Assembly: GCA_963728565.1 (NCBI GenBank)
Contig: CAVSLC010000025.1
Span: forward strand, 64,001 to 128,000
Length of the DNA stretch: 64,000 bases
Origin: an uncultured delta proteobacterium
GTDB taxonomy: Bacteria > Desulfobacterota > Binatia > UBA9968
Direction of reading: 5' to 3'
A program made the translations under genes and the position numbers. This document shows positions 10,911-20,113 of this stretch, in pieces. The notes beneath the pieces are model-generated. The model made no database searches, was not told the DNA's origin, and saw only the letters and a program-made list of their open reading frames with translations. The first letter of the stretch is position 1; every line of letters starts with the position of its first letter.

Positions 10911-12434
10911 ATGCGCTACGGATTTGTCATCGATCAGAACCGTTGCATCGGTTGTCATGCCTGCACGGTGGCATGCAAGGAAGAACACAATATTGCCGTC
11001 GGAGTGAACCGGACTTGGGTGAAGTACGTCGAAAAAGGGGTTTATCCAGAAACACGGCGCCACTTTGCCGTGCTTCGGTGCAACCACTGCGACGACGCGC
11101 CCTGCATCGAGATCTGCCCAACCGTGGCACTTTTTCGCCGACCCGACGGCATTGTCGACTTCGACCACGAGCGCTGCATTGGCTGTAAATCCTGCATGCA
11201 AGCCTGCCCCTACGACGCGCTTTATATCGATCCGGATCGTAACACGGCGGCTAAGTGTAACTTCGACGCATCCCGAGTCGAGATGGGCTATAAGCCTGCT
11301 TGCGAAGTGGTGTGTCCGACGCAAGCGATCCTGTCGGGAGATCTCGACGATCCCCAGAGCGATATCAGCCGGCGCATCGCCATGGACAAAGTCACGGTTC
11401 GCAAGCCGGAGAAAGGGACGAAACCAAAACTCTTCTACGCCGGCGTTGAGGGCGATTTGCTTACCCCGTCGATGATGGAACCTCAGTCGAGCCATTTCTG
11501 GGCCGAGAAGCAGCCTGGCGAAGACCTTTATGCATTGGGCAGTGGCAGAGCCGACAGGCCGATCCCGGGCGGCGCCCGCGAGGTCTACGATGTGCCGCAT
11601 ATGATTCCCTGGGGGAAAAAAATCGCGACCTACCTTTGGACCAAATCCATCGCCGCGGGTGTGCTGCTGCTCTCGACGTTGTTTTTGAACATGGGCTTCC
11701 AACATGACGAGTTGGTTCTGAACTTCTTCAGCCCGATCATTTCGTTGATTTTTCTTACAGCGACGATGTTACTGCTGGTCTTCGATCTCAAGAAACCGTC
11801 GCGATTTTTTTTCTTGCTGACTAAACCCAATTTGAACTCCTGGTTAACATTAGGCGGCTATGTCCTGATGATTTTCGGGGCTTTGGCAGCGTTATGGCTG
11901 GGGCAAAGAGTTCTTACCGGCACTGTCTCCAACGTCGTCACCTGGGCGGCGGCGCTATTTGCGATCGCCTCAGCGGGGTATTCGGCATTTCTCTTCGCTC
12001 AGGCTCGGGGAAGAGATTTCTGGCAAAGTCCGCTGCTGTTTTGGCATCTGCTGGCGCAGGCGATCATAGCCGGCGCGGCGATGCTTACTCTGGTGGGCGT
12101 TTTTACCGGAGTCACCGTGCCAATGTTTTACTGGCTGGCTAATTTGCTCGTGATCTCGCTGCTCGTCAGCGTCGGAATGATATTCGCCGAGCTGTTTTTG
12201 AAGCATGGCGCCGACGACGCAGTGCGAGCGGGCGAATTGTTGACCAAAGGAGCGCTGCGAAAATCATTTTGGATATTCGTTATCGGGCTCGGCACCATCC
12301 TGCCGGTGCTGTTGATCTTATTGCCCATAGGTTCGGTGTTCCCGAATGTGATCGCCGCAATTTTGGCGCTGTTTGGCTTGTGGATGTACGAGCATCTGTG
12401 GATCAAGGCGGGCCAGGCGCTACCCTTAAGCTAA
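10911..12434 (+). CDS. Fused 4Fe-4S electron-transfer subunit and NrfD/PsrC-type membrane anchor
   Basis: CIGCHACTVAC, CNHCDDAPC..CP, CIGCKSCMQACP at the N-terminus; then a multi-helix NrfD-like domain (DLKKPSRF, SW...GG). Confidence 0.9.
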   Translation: MRYGFVIDQNRCIGCHACTVACKEEHNIAVGVNRTWVKYVEKGVYPETRRHFAVLRCNHCDDAPCIEICPTVALFRRPDGIVDFDHERCIGCKSCMQACPYDALYIDPDRNTAAKCNFDASRVEMGYKPACEVVCPTQAILSGDLDDPQSDISRRIAMDKVTVRKPEKGTKPKLFYAGVEGDLLTPSMMEPQSSHFWAEKQPGEDLYALGSGRADRPIPGGAREVYDVPHMIPWGKKIATYLWTKSIAAGVLLLSTLFLNMGFQHDELVLNFFSPIISLIFLTATMLLLVFDLKKPSRFFFLLTKPNLNSWLTLGGYVLMIFGALAALWLGQRVLTGTVSNVVTWAAALFAIASAGYSAFLFAQARGRDFWQSPLLFWHLLAQAIIAGAAMLTLVGVFTGVTVPMFYWLANLLVISLLVSVGMIFAELFLKHGADDAVRAGELLTKGALRKSFWIFVIGLGTILPVLLILLPIGSVFPNVIAAILALFGLWMYEHLWIKAGQALPLS

Positions 12435-12446
12435 GAAGGATTTCAA

Positions 12447-15281
12447 ATGAATGACACTCGTACCCCACTTCATCCGGCTGCAGCCAACCTCGAACGCGTG
12501 AGCGGGGAGCTGGCGAATTTTCCCGCTGTCGAGAAATGGGACGATTGGGTGGAATACGACACCGCCCAATGGCCAAGAAAAGTAGAGAAACACTGCCGGA
12601 TCATTCCGACCATCTGTTTCAATTGCGAGGCGGCTTGCGGTCTGGTCGCGATCGTCGACAAAGACAGCCATCGTATTCGACGCTTCGAAGGCAATCCTGA
12701 ACATCCCGGCAGCAGAGGACGCAACTGCGCCAAGGGTCCGGCAACTCTTAATCAAGTGACCGATCCGGAACGCATCAAGTATCCACTCAGGCGGGTTGGC
12801 AAACGAGGCGAAGGCAAATGGGAACGGGTCTCATGGGACGAAGTTCTCGATGATATTGCGACGCGCGTGCGCAAAGCGCTTCAAGAAGAGCGCCGCAACG
12901 AAATTATGTACCACGTCGGCAGACCGGGTCACGAATTGCTCTACCATCAGAGGATCTTACATTCGTGGGGCATCGACGGCCATAACAGCCACACCAACGT
13001 CTGCTCAGCCGGCGCTCGCGCCGGCTATGCCTTGTGGTCGGGCATCGACCGGCCGTCGCCGGATCACGCCAATGCTCGCTTCATGCTGTTGCTCAGCTCT
13101 CATCTGGAAACCGGACATTATTTCAATCCGCACGCTCAGCGCATTATTGAAGGCAAGGAGCGTGGCGCCAAGATCTGTGTGGTCGATACACGCCTATCCA
13201 ATACGGCGTCAAAAGCGGACTACTGGCTGTCATCGTGGCCGGGCAGCGAGGCGGCGATTCTTCTCGCGCTGTGCAATGTGCTCCTGCAGGAAGATCTCTT
13301 CGATCGTGACTTTGTCAGGAGGTGGGTCAACTGGGAGGAGTATTTGCGTCATGAACATCCCGACAAGCCCCAGACGTTCCTCTCCTTTGTCTCGGTCTTG
13401 AAGCAGCACTACGCCGCTTACACGCCGGAGTTTGCCGCCAAAGAAGCCGGTGTCGATCCCCAAGTTCTCGTCGAAGTGGCCCATGAAATCGCTCGGGCGG
13501 GCTCGGCGTTTTCGTCGCACGTGTGGCGCAATGCCGCCGCCGGGAACCTTGGCGGTTGGCAGGTGGCGCGCGCGCTCCAGTTTCTGGTGGTGCTCGTCGG
13601 GGCTGTGGGAACTCCGGGCGGCACGGCGCCAAATGCTAGCAATAAGTACATACCGGCGCCGCCGTTGATGCCGCCGCCGGCAAAAGTCTGGAACGAGCTG
13701 CTACTGCCGCCGGAGTATCCGCTGGCATTTTTCGAGATGAGTTTTCTTCTGCCCCACTTCATCAAAGAAGGTCGCGGCAAGCTGGCGATGTACTTCACCC
13801 GCGTCTACAATCCCGTGTGGACCAATCCCGACGGCATGAGCTGGATCGAAATGCTTACTGATGAAAGTAAAGTCGAACGTCATGCGTGTTTGACGCCAAC
13901 GTGGAGCGAGACCGCCTGGTTTGCCGATTACGTTCTGCCCATGGGCCATGCGTCCGAACGCCATGATTTGATGTCCCAGGAAACCCAGGCCGCGCGCTGG
14001 ATTGGCTTTCGCCAACCGGTGCTGAGAGTCGCTTTGGAGAAAGAAGGTAAAAAATTCGATTTTACCTATCAGGCGCACGCCGAAGCTGGTCTCGGTGAGG
14101 TTTGGGAAGAAGACGAATTTTGGATCGAACTCTCATGGCGGGTTGATCCCGACGGATCTCTCGGCATTCGAAAATATTTCGAGTCACCGTACGAGCCTGG
14201 CAAAAAGATGACGGTGGACGATTACTATCGTTGGATTTTCGAGAACAGCGTTCCCGGCCTTCCGGCGGCCGCCGAACAACAGGGATTGACGCCGCTGGAG
14301 TACATGCGTAGGTTCGGCGCCTTCTTGATCGAGGACGACGTTTACAATGTTCATGAGACCGGGCTCAAGCCGCAAGACATGGAGGGAGCCACCGTCGATC
14401 CGGCCACAAGCATCGTCGCCAAGAACGGCGTTGCTCTGGGCGTAGAAATCGATGGCAGAGCATGCGCCGGTTTCCCGACGCCATCGCGCAAATTGGAATT
14501 CTATTCAAAAACATTGAAAGATTGGAGCTGGCCGGAATACGCGATTCCGGGTTACATCAAAAGCCACGTTCACCCCGACAATATCGATTTCAATGCCGGT
14601 GAGATGTTGTTGTTGCCGACATTCCGTTTGCCGACCTTGATCCATACCCGTTCCGGTAACGCCAAATGGTTGTACGAAATTTCTCATCGCAACCCGATCT
14701 GGCTCAATTCCAAAGACGCGGAAGTTCTTGACGTGAAAACCGGTGATCTTCTTAAGATCAACACCGAAATTGGCTACTTTGTCGACAAAGTTTGGGTGAC
14801 GGAAGGGATCAAGCCCGGCGTGATCGCGTGTTCTCATCATCTCGGGCGCTGGCGATTGCAGGAAAATTCCGGCGGCGAACGCTGGTCCACCGCGTTGGTC
14901 GACTTACAACAAACAGAACCGGGCAAATGGTTGATGCGCCACGTTCACGGCGTGCAACCTTTCACAAGCGAGGATCCCGATTCGGAAAGAATTTTTTGGC
15001 AAGACGGCGGCGTGCATCAGAATCTGACGTTCCCGGTACAGCCGGACTTCATCAGCGGCCAGCACTGCTGGCATCAAAAGGTCCGCGTCACAAAACCTGG
15101 CGCCGGTGACAAGTACGGCGACGTTTTCGTTGACACCAACAAATCCCACGAAGTCTACAAAAAGTGGCTGCTGAAAACCCGCCCCGCACCGGGGCCGGAC
15201 AATCTGCGCCGCCCTTTGTGGTTGCCGCGGTCCTATAAACCAGCGCCGGAAGCCTATTATTTAAAAAAGGATGAAGGATGA
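12447..15281 (+). CDS. DMSO-reductase-family molybdopterin oxidoreductase catalytic subunit (Psr/Phs-like, no Tat signal seen)
   Basis: CFNCEAAC...CAKG FeS motif, RIKYPLRR, SWDE, SETAWFADYVLP, and a C-terminal MGD-binding domain. Confidence 0.92.
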   Translation: MNDTRTPLHPAAANLERVSGELANFPAVEKWDDWVEYDTAQWPRKVEKHCRIIPTICFNCEAACGLVAIVDKDSHRIRRFEGNPEHPGSRGRNCAKGPATLNQVTDPERIKYPLRRVGKRGEGKWERVSWDEVLDDIATRVRKALQEERRNEIMYHVGRPGHELLYHQRILHSWGIDGHNSHTNVCSAGARAGYALWSGIDRPSPDHANARFMLLLSSHLETGHYFNPHAQRIIEGKERGAKICVVDTRLSNTASKADYWLSSWPGSEAAILLALCNVLLQEDLFDRDFVRRWVNWEEYLRHEHPDKPQTFLSFVSVLKQHYAAYTPEFAAKEAGVDPQVLVEVAHEIARAGSAFSSHVWRNAAAGNLGGWQVARALQFLVVLVGAVGTPGGTAPNASNKYIPAPPLMPPPAKVWNELLLPPEYPLAFFEMSFLLPHFIKEGRGKLAMYFTRVYNPVWTNPDGMSWIEMLTDESKVERHACLTPTWSETAWFADYVLPMGHASERHDLMSQETQAARWIGFRQPVLRVALEKEGKKFDFTYQAHAEAGLGEVWEEDEFWIELSWRVDPDGSLGIRKYFESPYEPGKKMTVDDYYRWIFENSVPGLPAAAEQQGLTPLEYMRRFGAFLIEDDVYNVHETGLKPQDMEGATVDPATSIVAKNGVALGVEIDGRACAGFPTPSRKLEFYSKTLKDWSWPEYAIPGYIKSHVHPDNIDFNAGEMLLLPTFRLPTLIHTRSGNAKWLYEISHRNPIWLNSKDAEVLDVKTGDLLKINTEIGYFVDKVWVTEGIKPGVIACSHHLGRWRLQENSGGERWSTALVDLQQTEPGKWLMRHVHGVQPFTSEDPDSERIFWQDGGVHQNLTFPVQPDFISGQHCWHQKVRVTKPGAGDKYGDVFVDTNKSHEVYKKWLLKTRPAPGPDNLRRPLWLPRSYKPAPEAYYLKKDEG

Positions 15282-15391
15282 ACACCGAAAAATTTCGCGA
15301 CAAAGCGGGCAAAGATCACAAAGTCCGGCTGTGTCGATGGACACAGTTTCGCGTTCGGCTTACACGATTTCACGCTCTTGGGTTAATTTTT

Positions 15392-15419
15392 TTCGGTGGG
15401 TAATCTTCGGTGGGTAATC
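15392..15419. repeat. 14-bp tandem direct repeat TTCGGTGGGTAATC x2
   Basis: Seen directly, upstream of the ABC operon. Confidence 0.8.
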
Positions 15420-15498
15420 TATTGAAGGTTGTACCATATTCATATATTTGTGAGCGCGCCTAAATCTCCGTTAAACGTGTCGAGAGGAAATAAGCAAA

Positions 15499-16587
15499 AT
15501 GAATGCGAACGTGGGTGCCATTGTGAGATTAAGCCTTCAGCGAATTCGTTGTGCTGGGGCATTAGCCGTGCTTCTTGTTGCTAGTATCGCGCCGCTGAAT
15601 GCGGAAGGTCAGGAAAAGGATTGGAATGCAGTGATCGCTGCAGCCAAAAAGGAAGGCAAAGTGGTTGTTTACGGAACGAGCTCGTTCCGGGAAATTCTCG
15701 ATAAAGCAAAACCTATTTTTGAAGAGCGCTATGGAATCAAAGTCGAAGCTCTCACGGGTCGCGCCAGAGAAGTAGGAGAGCGGGTACAAACAGAAGTCCG
15801 GACCAAAAGGCAGAACGCCGACCTGCTTCAGGCGGGGGCTGACATCACACTACCCAATGTGTTCCGTGCCGATGCTCTGGATCGATGGGTGCCGCCGTCC
15901 CTAAAGGTCGAGCATCCGGATATCTTGAAGATGATCGGCGCGCCCAGTTAGTTTACGCCACATTACGTGAACTTAAGATCGATACTGATAAATCGGAACC
16001 GTGTCTCCGCCAAAGACGAGCCAAAGTCTTGGAAGGATCTTGCTAATCCTAAATGGAAGGGCGCAATCCTGATGGACGATCCGCGCTCCGCCGGCGCAGG
16101 TCACGCGCTATTTGTCGGCACACTGCTTCAGCCGGAACTCGGGGAAGATTTCCACCGCAAGCTCGCTCAAAACAAGCCGGTGTTTCTCGGCGCCGGAACC
16201 TATCAACAGATCGCTTCGCGCGTCGCCCAAGGCGAATTTGCCATCGGCTTTCCGGTGGATGCCGAAGCTGTAGTGGAGTATGCGGGTTCTCCAGTGAAAT
16301 GGCTACCGCTGCCTGAAGGAGCCACGCACAGCATTATGGCCACTTCTTTGGTAAAGAATGCTCCCAGGCCAAACGCCGCAAAGTTGCTTCTGGAGTTCAC
16401 GCTCTCGGAAGAGTTTCAGCGCATTGCCGCCGCGCAGAATGTTACTCCCGCCAGGACAGGCGTGAAAGCGGCCCGCGAGGAATGGTCAATTGAAAAGGTC
16501 CGATTGCTCCCTTTCGCGGGCACCGACTCTCGAGAAGAACGAGACAAATTGTATCGCTTGTCCGAAGCCATTTACGGCGTCCGCTAA
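15499..16587 (+). CDS. Fe3+/thiamine/polyamine-type ABC substrate-binding protein with in-frame TAG at 15949-15951
   Basis: ORFs 15499-15951 and 15967-16587 are in the same frame; AAKKEGKVVVY, PKSWKDLANPKWKG and APRPNAAKL motifs. Confidence 0.85.
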
Positions 16588-16653
16588 ATCGGCATTCTCA
16601 GGACCGTGTGATCAACAGAGTAGTTTTTTGAATTCTGTTGATGCCGGTACTTT

Positions 16654-18384
16654 TTGAAAAACTTCGTGATTCGCCTGAGAACCGTACTGGCTACCGGTCT
16701 ATTGATCTTGGTTGCCTGTCTAGTCTTGCCGCCTTTTCTGATGTTGTTCGTCGGTAGCATCTGGGGGGCGCCTCCAGGGATGCCCGGCCGGCTTTCGCTC
16801 TCGGCCTATATCGATGCGTTCAGTTCGCCGTACACCTATAAAGTCATTGCCAATAGTTTCTTCCTGTCGTTTGTGAAGACCACCCTGGCCACCATTTGGG
16901 GAGTTGTTCTCGCATGGCTGGTTACTCGGACCGATGTTCCATTGCGCCGCACTATGGAGGTGCTCATACCGGTTCAGTTCTTTATCCCGGCGATCTTCAA
17001 CGCTCTGGCTTATCTCATGCTGCTCAATCCCCATAGCGGCATCGTCAATCAACTGTTCATGGGCGCGTTCGGTTTGGAATCGGCGCCTTTCAACCTCTAT
17101 TCGTATACCGGGATGATTTTTGTTATGGCGCTAGGGTCCACGGCGTTCATCTTCCTCCTAACTTACGGAGCGTTTCGAGCGTTAGACCCGGCCCTCGAGG
17201 AAAGCGCGCGTACGTGCGGCGCAGGCACTTTGGAAACGCTCTTACGAGTGACGCTTCCGCTTGTCGCTCCGGCTATTGGCGGCGCTTTCATCTTGTCGTT
17301 CATTCAAGGCATCGAGGCGTTTGAGGTGCCTGTCTTAATCGGCACACCCGCAGGAATCTATGTGTTCACGAATGAAATCTACCGCGCCATAACCTTTTTT
17401 GAGCCGGCGCGGTACGGCGTCGCAACGGCTCTCGGAATAACTATTGTGTTACTGACGTTCGCCATGGTCTATGTGCAATGGCGCATTCAAGGCGATCGCC
17501 AGTACTTCACCATAACCGGAAAAGGCTACAATCCCAGGCTCGTGCGTCTAAAACACTGGAGATGGCCCGCTTTTATATTCGGAGCGCTGTATATCGTACT
17601 TGCGGTTGTTTTGCCTATCGGCCAACTTCTGCTTTCATCGCTCCAGTCGAACGTCGGCGTGCTCACGTTCGAGAGCTTCACGCTCAAACATTACTATCAA
17701 GCATTTCGAGATGACATGGTTTTGCGAGCGCTCTATAACACTCTCATACTCGCGGTCCTTGCGGCTGTAGGCGGCGTCACCTTGTCCGTGCTTATCGCCT
17801 ACGTGACGACTCGCCTGAATTTTTGGGGCAAACGATGGCTCGAACTGCTGAGCTGGCTACCGTGGACGCTTCCGGGGATCGTGCTGGCTACCGGTATGCT
17901 ATGGGCATATCTCACGATTCCCGGACTGTGGATCTTCTATGGGTCGCTTTGGATTCTATTCATCGCATATATCATCAAAGGGCTACCGCTCGGCGTCCGT
18001 GCCCTCAGTGGCACGATGGTGCAAGTTCACCAAGAACTTGAGGATTGCGCTCGGGTGCATGGCGCAAGTTGGCTGCGAACGCTTTGGTCTGTCGTACTGC
18101 GCTTGATCAGACCCGGAATGCTCTCCGGCGCAATCTTCTTTGTCTTCATCGCTATCCGTGATCTTAGTACGCCGATTCTGCTGTACGGATATGGCACCGA
18201 GGTGCTCAGCATCGTCTTGCTGCAATTTTGGGCGGAAAAACCGCCGCAGGTTGTCAGTGTGTTGGCGATTATCATGTTGGCTGTGTTAACGGGCTTTTCT
18301 GCTATTCAACGAGTTTTGTTGATCGAGAAAGAGCGCCCGGAGGCGATCGAGGGTAGAGTCCCTCCGGAAATCGGCCGGCTCTAA
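16654..18384 (+). CDS. ABC transporter permease, FbpB-like (two domains)
   Basis: Two EAA-type loops (LEESARTCGA, LEDCARVHGA) and many TM helices. Confidence 0.92.
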   Translation: MKNFVIRLRTVLATGLLILVACLVLPPFLMLFVGSIWGAPPGMPGRLSLSAYIDAFSSPYTYKVIANSFFLSFVKTTLATIWGVVLAWLVTRTDVPLRRTMEVLIPVQFFIPAIFNALAYLMLLNPHSGIVNQLFMGAFGLESAPFNLYSYTGMIFVMALGSTAFIFLLTYGAFRALDPALEESARTCGAGTLETLLRVTLPLVAPAIGGAFILSFIQGIEAFEVPVLIGTPAGIYVFTNEIYRAITFFEPARYGVATALGITIVLLTFAMVYVQWRIQGDRQYFTITGKGYNPRLVRLKHWRWPAFIFGALYIVLAVVLPIGQLLLSSLQSNVGVLTFESFTLKHYYQAFRDDMVLRALYNTLILAVLAAVGGVTLSVLIAYVTTRLNFWGKRWLELLSWLPWTLPGIVLATGMLWAYLTIPGLWIFYGSLWILFIAYIIKGLPLGVRALSGTMVQVHQELEDCARVHGASWLRTLWSVVLRLIRPGMLSGAIFFVFIAIRDLSTPILLYGYGTEVLSIVLLQFWAEKPPQVVSVLAIIMLAVLTGFSAIQRVLLIEKERPEAIEGRVPPEIGRL

Positions 18385-18400
18385 AAAACTTTGTAAAGCT

Positions 18401-19510
18401 ATGGCGACGGTCAAAGTAAATAATCTACGAAAATCCTTCGGTAACGTTTGTGCCGTGGCGGGCATAAGCTTCGAAGTTGAGCAGGGCGAGTTCGTTACAC
18501 TTCTGGGAGGAAGTGGATGCGGCAAGACGACCACGTTGCGGTTAATCGCGGGGCTGGAGGAGAACGATGAAGGAGAGATTGTTTTAGCTGACCAAATCGT
18601 AAGTAACCCCGCCGCGGGCAAATTTGTGCCACCGGAAAAACGCAAACTCGGGATGGTTTTCCAGTCCTACGCTATCTGGCCTCACATGTCGGTTTTTGAA
18701 AACATTGCATTTCCCTTAAAGGTTCGTCGGCTTCCCTCGGATCAAATCCGCAAACAAGTTGAAGAAGTTCTCACGATGGTCGGCTTACCGGAGCTTGGGC
18801 TTAGAATGGCCAGCCGGCTAAGCGGCGGCCAGCCGGAGCGAGTGGCATTGCGCATGTCGTTGGCGTGCAATCCTTCGATTCTTCTCATGGATGAGCCCCT
18901 TAGTAATCTTGACGCCAAGCTCCGGGAACGAATGCGATTTGAACTTCGGGAAATGCAAACTCGCTTCGGTATCGCGACGCTTTACGTGACTCACGATCAA
19001 GCCGAGGCTATGGTGCTTTCGGATCGAATCATCGTCATGAACGAAGGACGCATCGAACAGGTCGGTACACCGTGGGACATATACGAACATCCGCAGTCGG
19101 AATTTGTCAGCGATTTTATCGGCGTGGCCAATTTACTGGAGGCGGTCGTGGAAGAGTCGCAGGCTGAGGGTTGTCGACTGAAAGCGCTGGGGAACGGTCG
19201 GACAATCACCATCGACCGACGGGTCGCCAATGCGACACAGGCATTGCTGCTGATTCGGCCTGAAAATGTTCAGCTGGGAACACTTCAAGAATTGCCTGCG
19301 GAAAATACCTGGCCGGCGAAGGTGGATTTGGCTGCCTATTTCGGTGACCACCGAGAATATGTTCTCCGCGATGGTGATTTGACAATCCGGGTCAAGACGG
19401 GGCCGAAGTTCGTTTTTCAGAGAGGAGATTCGATCTGCGCCCATTTCTCGCCGGAGAATATTGTGCTCGTGCCAAAACAAGGAAATCCACGGGCGAACGC
19501 GCAAATGTAA
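18401..19510 (+). CDS. ABC transporter ATP-binding protein, FbpC/PotA-like
   Basis: GSGCGKTT, VFQSYA, LSGG, LLMDEPLSNLD, YVTHDQ and a TOBE-like tail. Confidence 0.93.
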   Translation: MATVKVNNLRKSFGNVCAVAGISFEVEQGEFVTLLGGSGCGKTTTLRLIAGLEENDEGEIVLADQIVSNPAAGKFVPPEKRKLGMVFQSYAIWPHMSVFENIAFPLKVRRLPSDQIRKQVEEVLTMVGLPELGLRMASRLSGGQPERVALRMSLACNPSILLMDEPLSNLDAKLRERMRFELREMQTRFGIATLYVTHDQAEAMVLSDRIIVMNEGRIEQVGTPWDIYEHPQSEFVSDFIGVANLLEAVVEESQAEGCRLKALGNGRTITIDRRVANATQALLLIRPENVQLGTLQELPAENTWPAKVDLAAYFGDHREYVLRDGDLTIRVKTGPKFVFQRGDSICAHFSPENIVLVPKQGNPRANAQM

Positions 19511-19575
19511 AATTTGGATTAGCTTAGCTAACGAAATCAAAGGAAATTCTCAACTAACTTGATACAGGAGGAAGG

Positions 19576-20037
19576 ATGGAAATTGAAAAAAAGCTAAAAG
19601 AACTTGGTTTTGAGGTGCCGACACCACCCACGCCGGTGGCAAACTATATCGCGAGTGTACAGGTCGGCAATATCCTGTTTGTGGGCGGCAATACGGGCAC
19701 CGTCAACGGAAAAAGGAAGTACACGGGTAAAGTCGGCGATGCCGTTACAGTCGAGCAGGCCTACGAGATGGCGCAATTCTGCGCCCTCAATCACCTGGCG
19801 TTTATCAAGGTCGCACTGGGCGATCTTGATCGCGTCGAGCGTATTGTTAAGGTCACCGGCTACGTAAACGTTGCTCCCGGATTCAAGGACATGCCTAAAG
19901 TCATCAACGGCGAGTCCGATCTATACGTTAAGCTGTGGGGTGAGCGCGGCCGGCATGCTCGAGCAGCCATCGGCGTGGCGTCTCTTGGCGGCGATGCTCC
20001 GGTGGAAACTGAGATGATCGTCCAAGTAAAAGATTAG
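19576..20037 (+). CDS. RidA/YjgF family protein
   Basis: PVANY, VKVTGYVN, INGESDL and GRHARAAIG motifs. Confidence 0.9.
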   Translation: MEIEKKLKELGFEVPTPPTPVANYIASVQVGNILFVGGNTGTVNGKRKYTGKVGDAVTVEQAYEMAQFCALNHLAFIKVALGDLDRVERIVKVTGYVNVAPGFKDMPKVINGESDLYVKLWGERGRHARAAIGVASLGGDAPVETEMIVQVKD

Positions 20038-20113
20038 GCACGGCAAGACGCAAAAATGCCTTGATGAGGCGACGCTTTTCCCGCGGCATGTTCACGCGTT
20101 GGTTTCCGGAAAC

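Noticed and set aside
18820-18870. Deviant ABC signature LSGGQPERVALRMSLA
   Set aside because: Probably local sequencing errors given the contig's error rate; the other ATPase motifs are intact.
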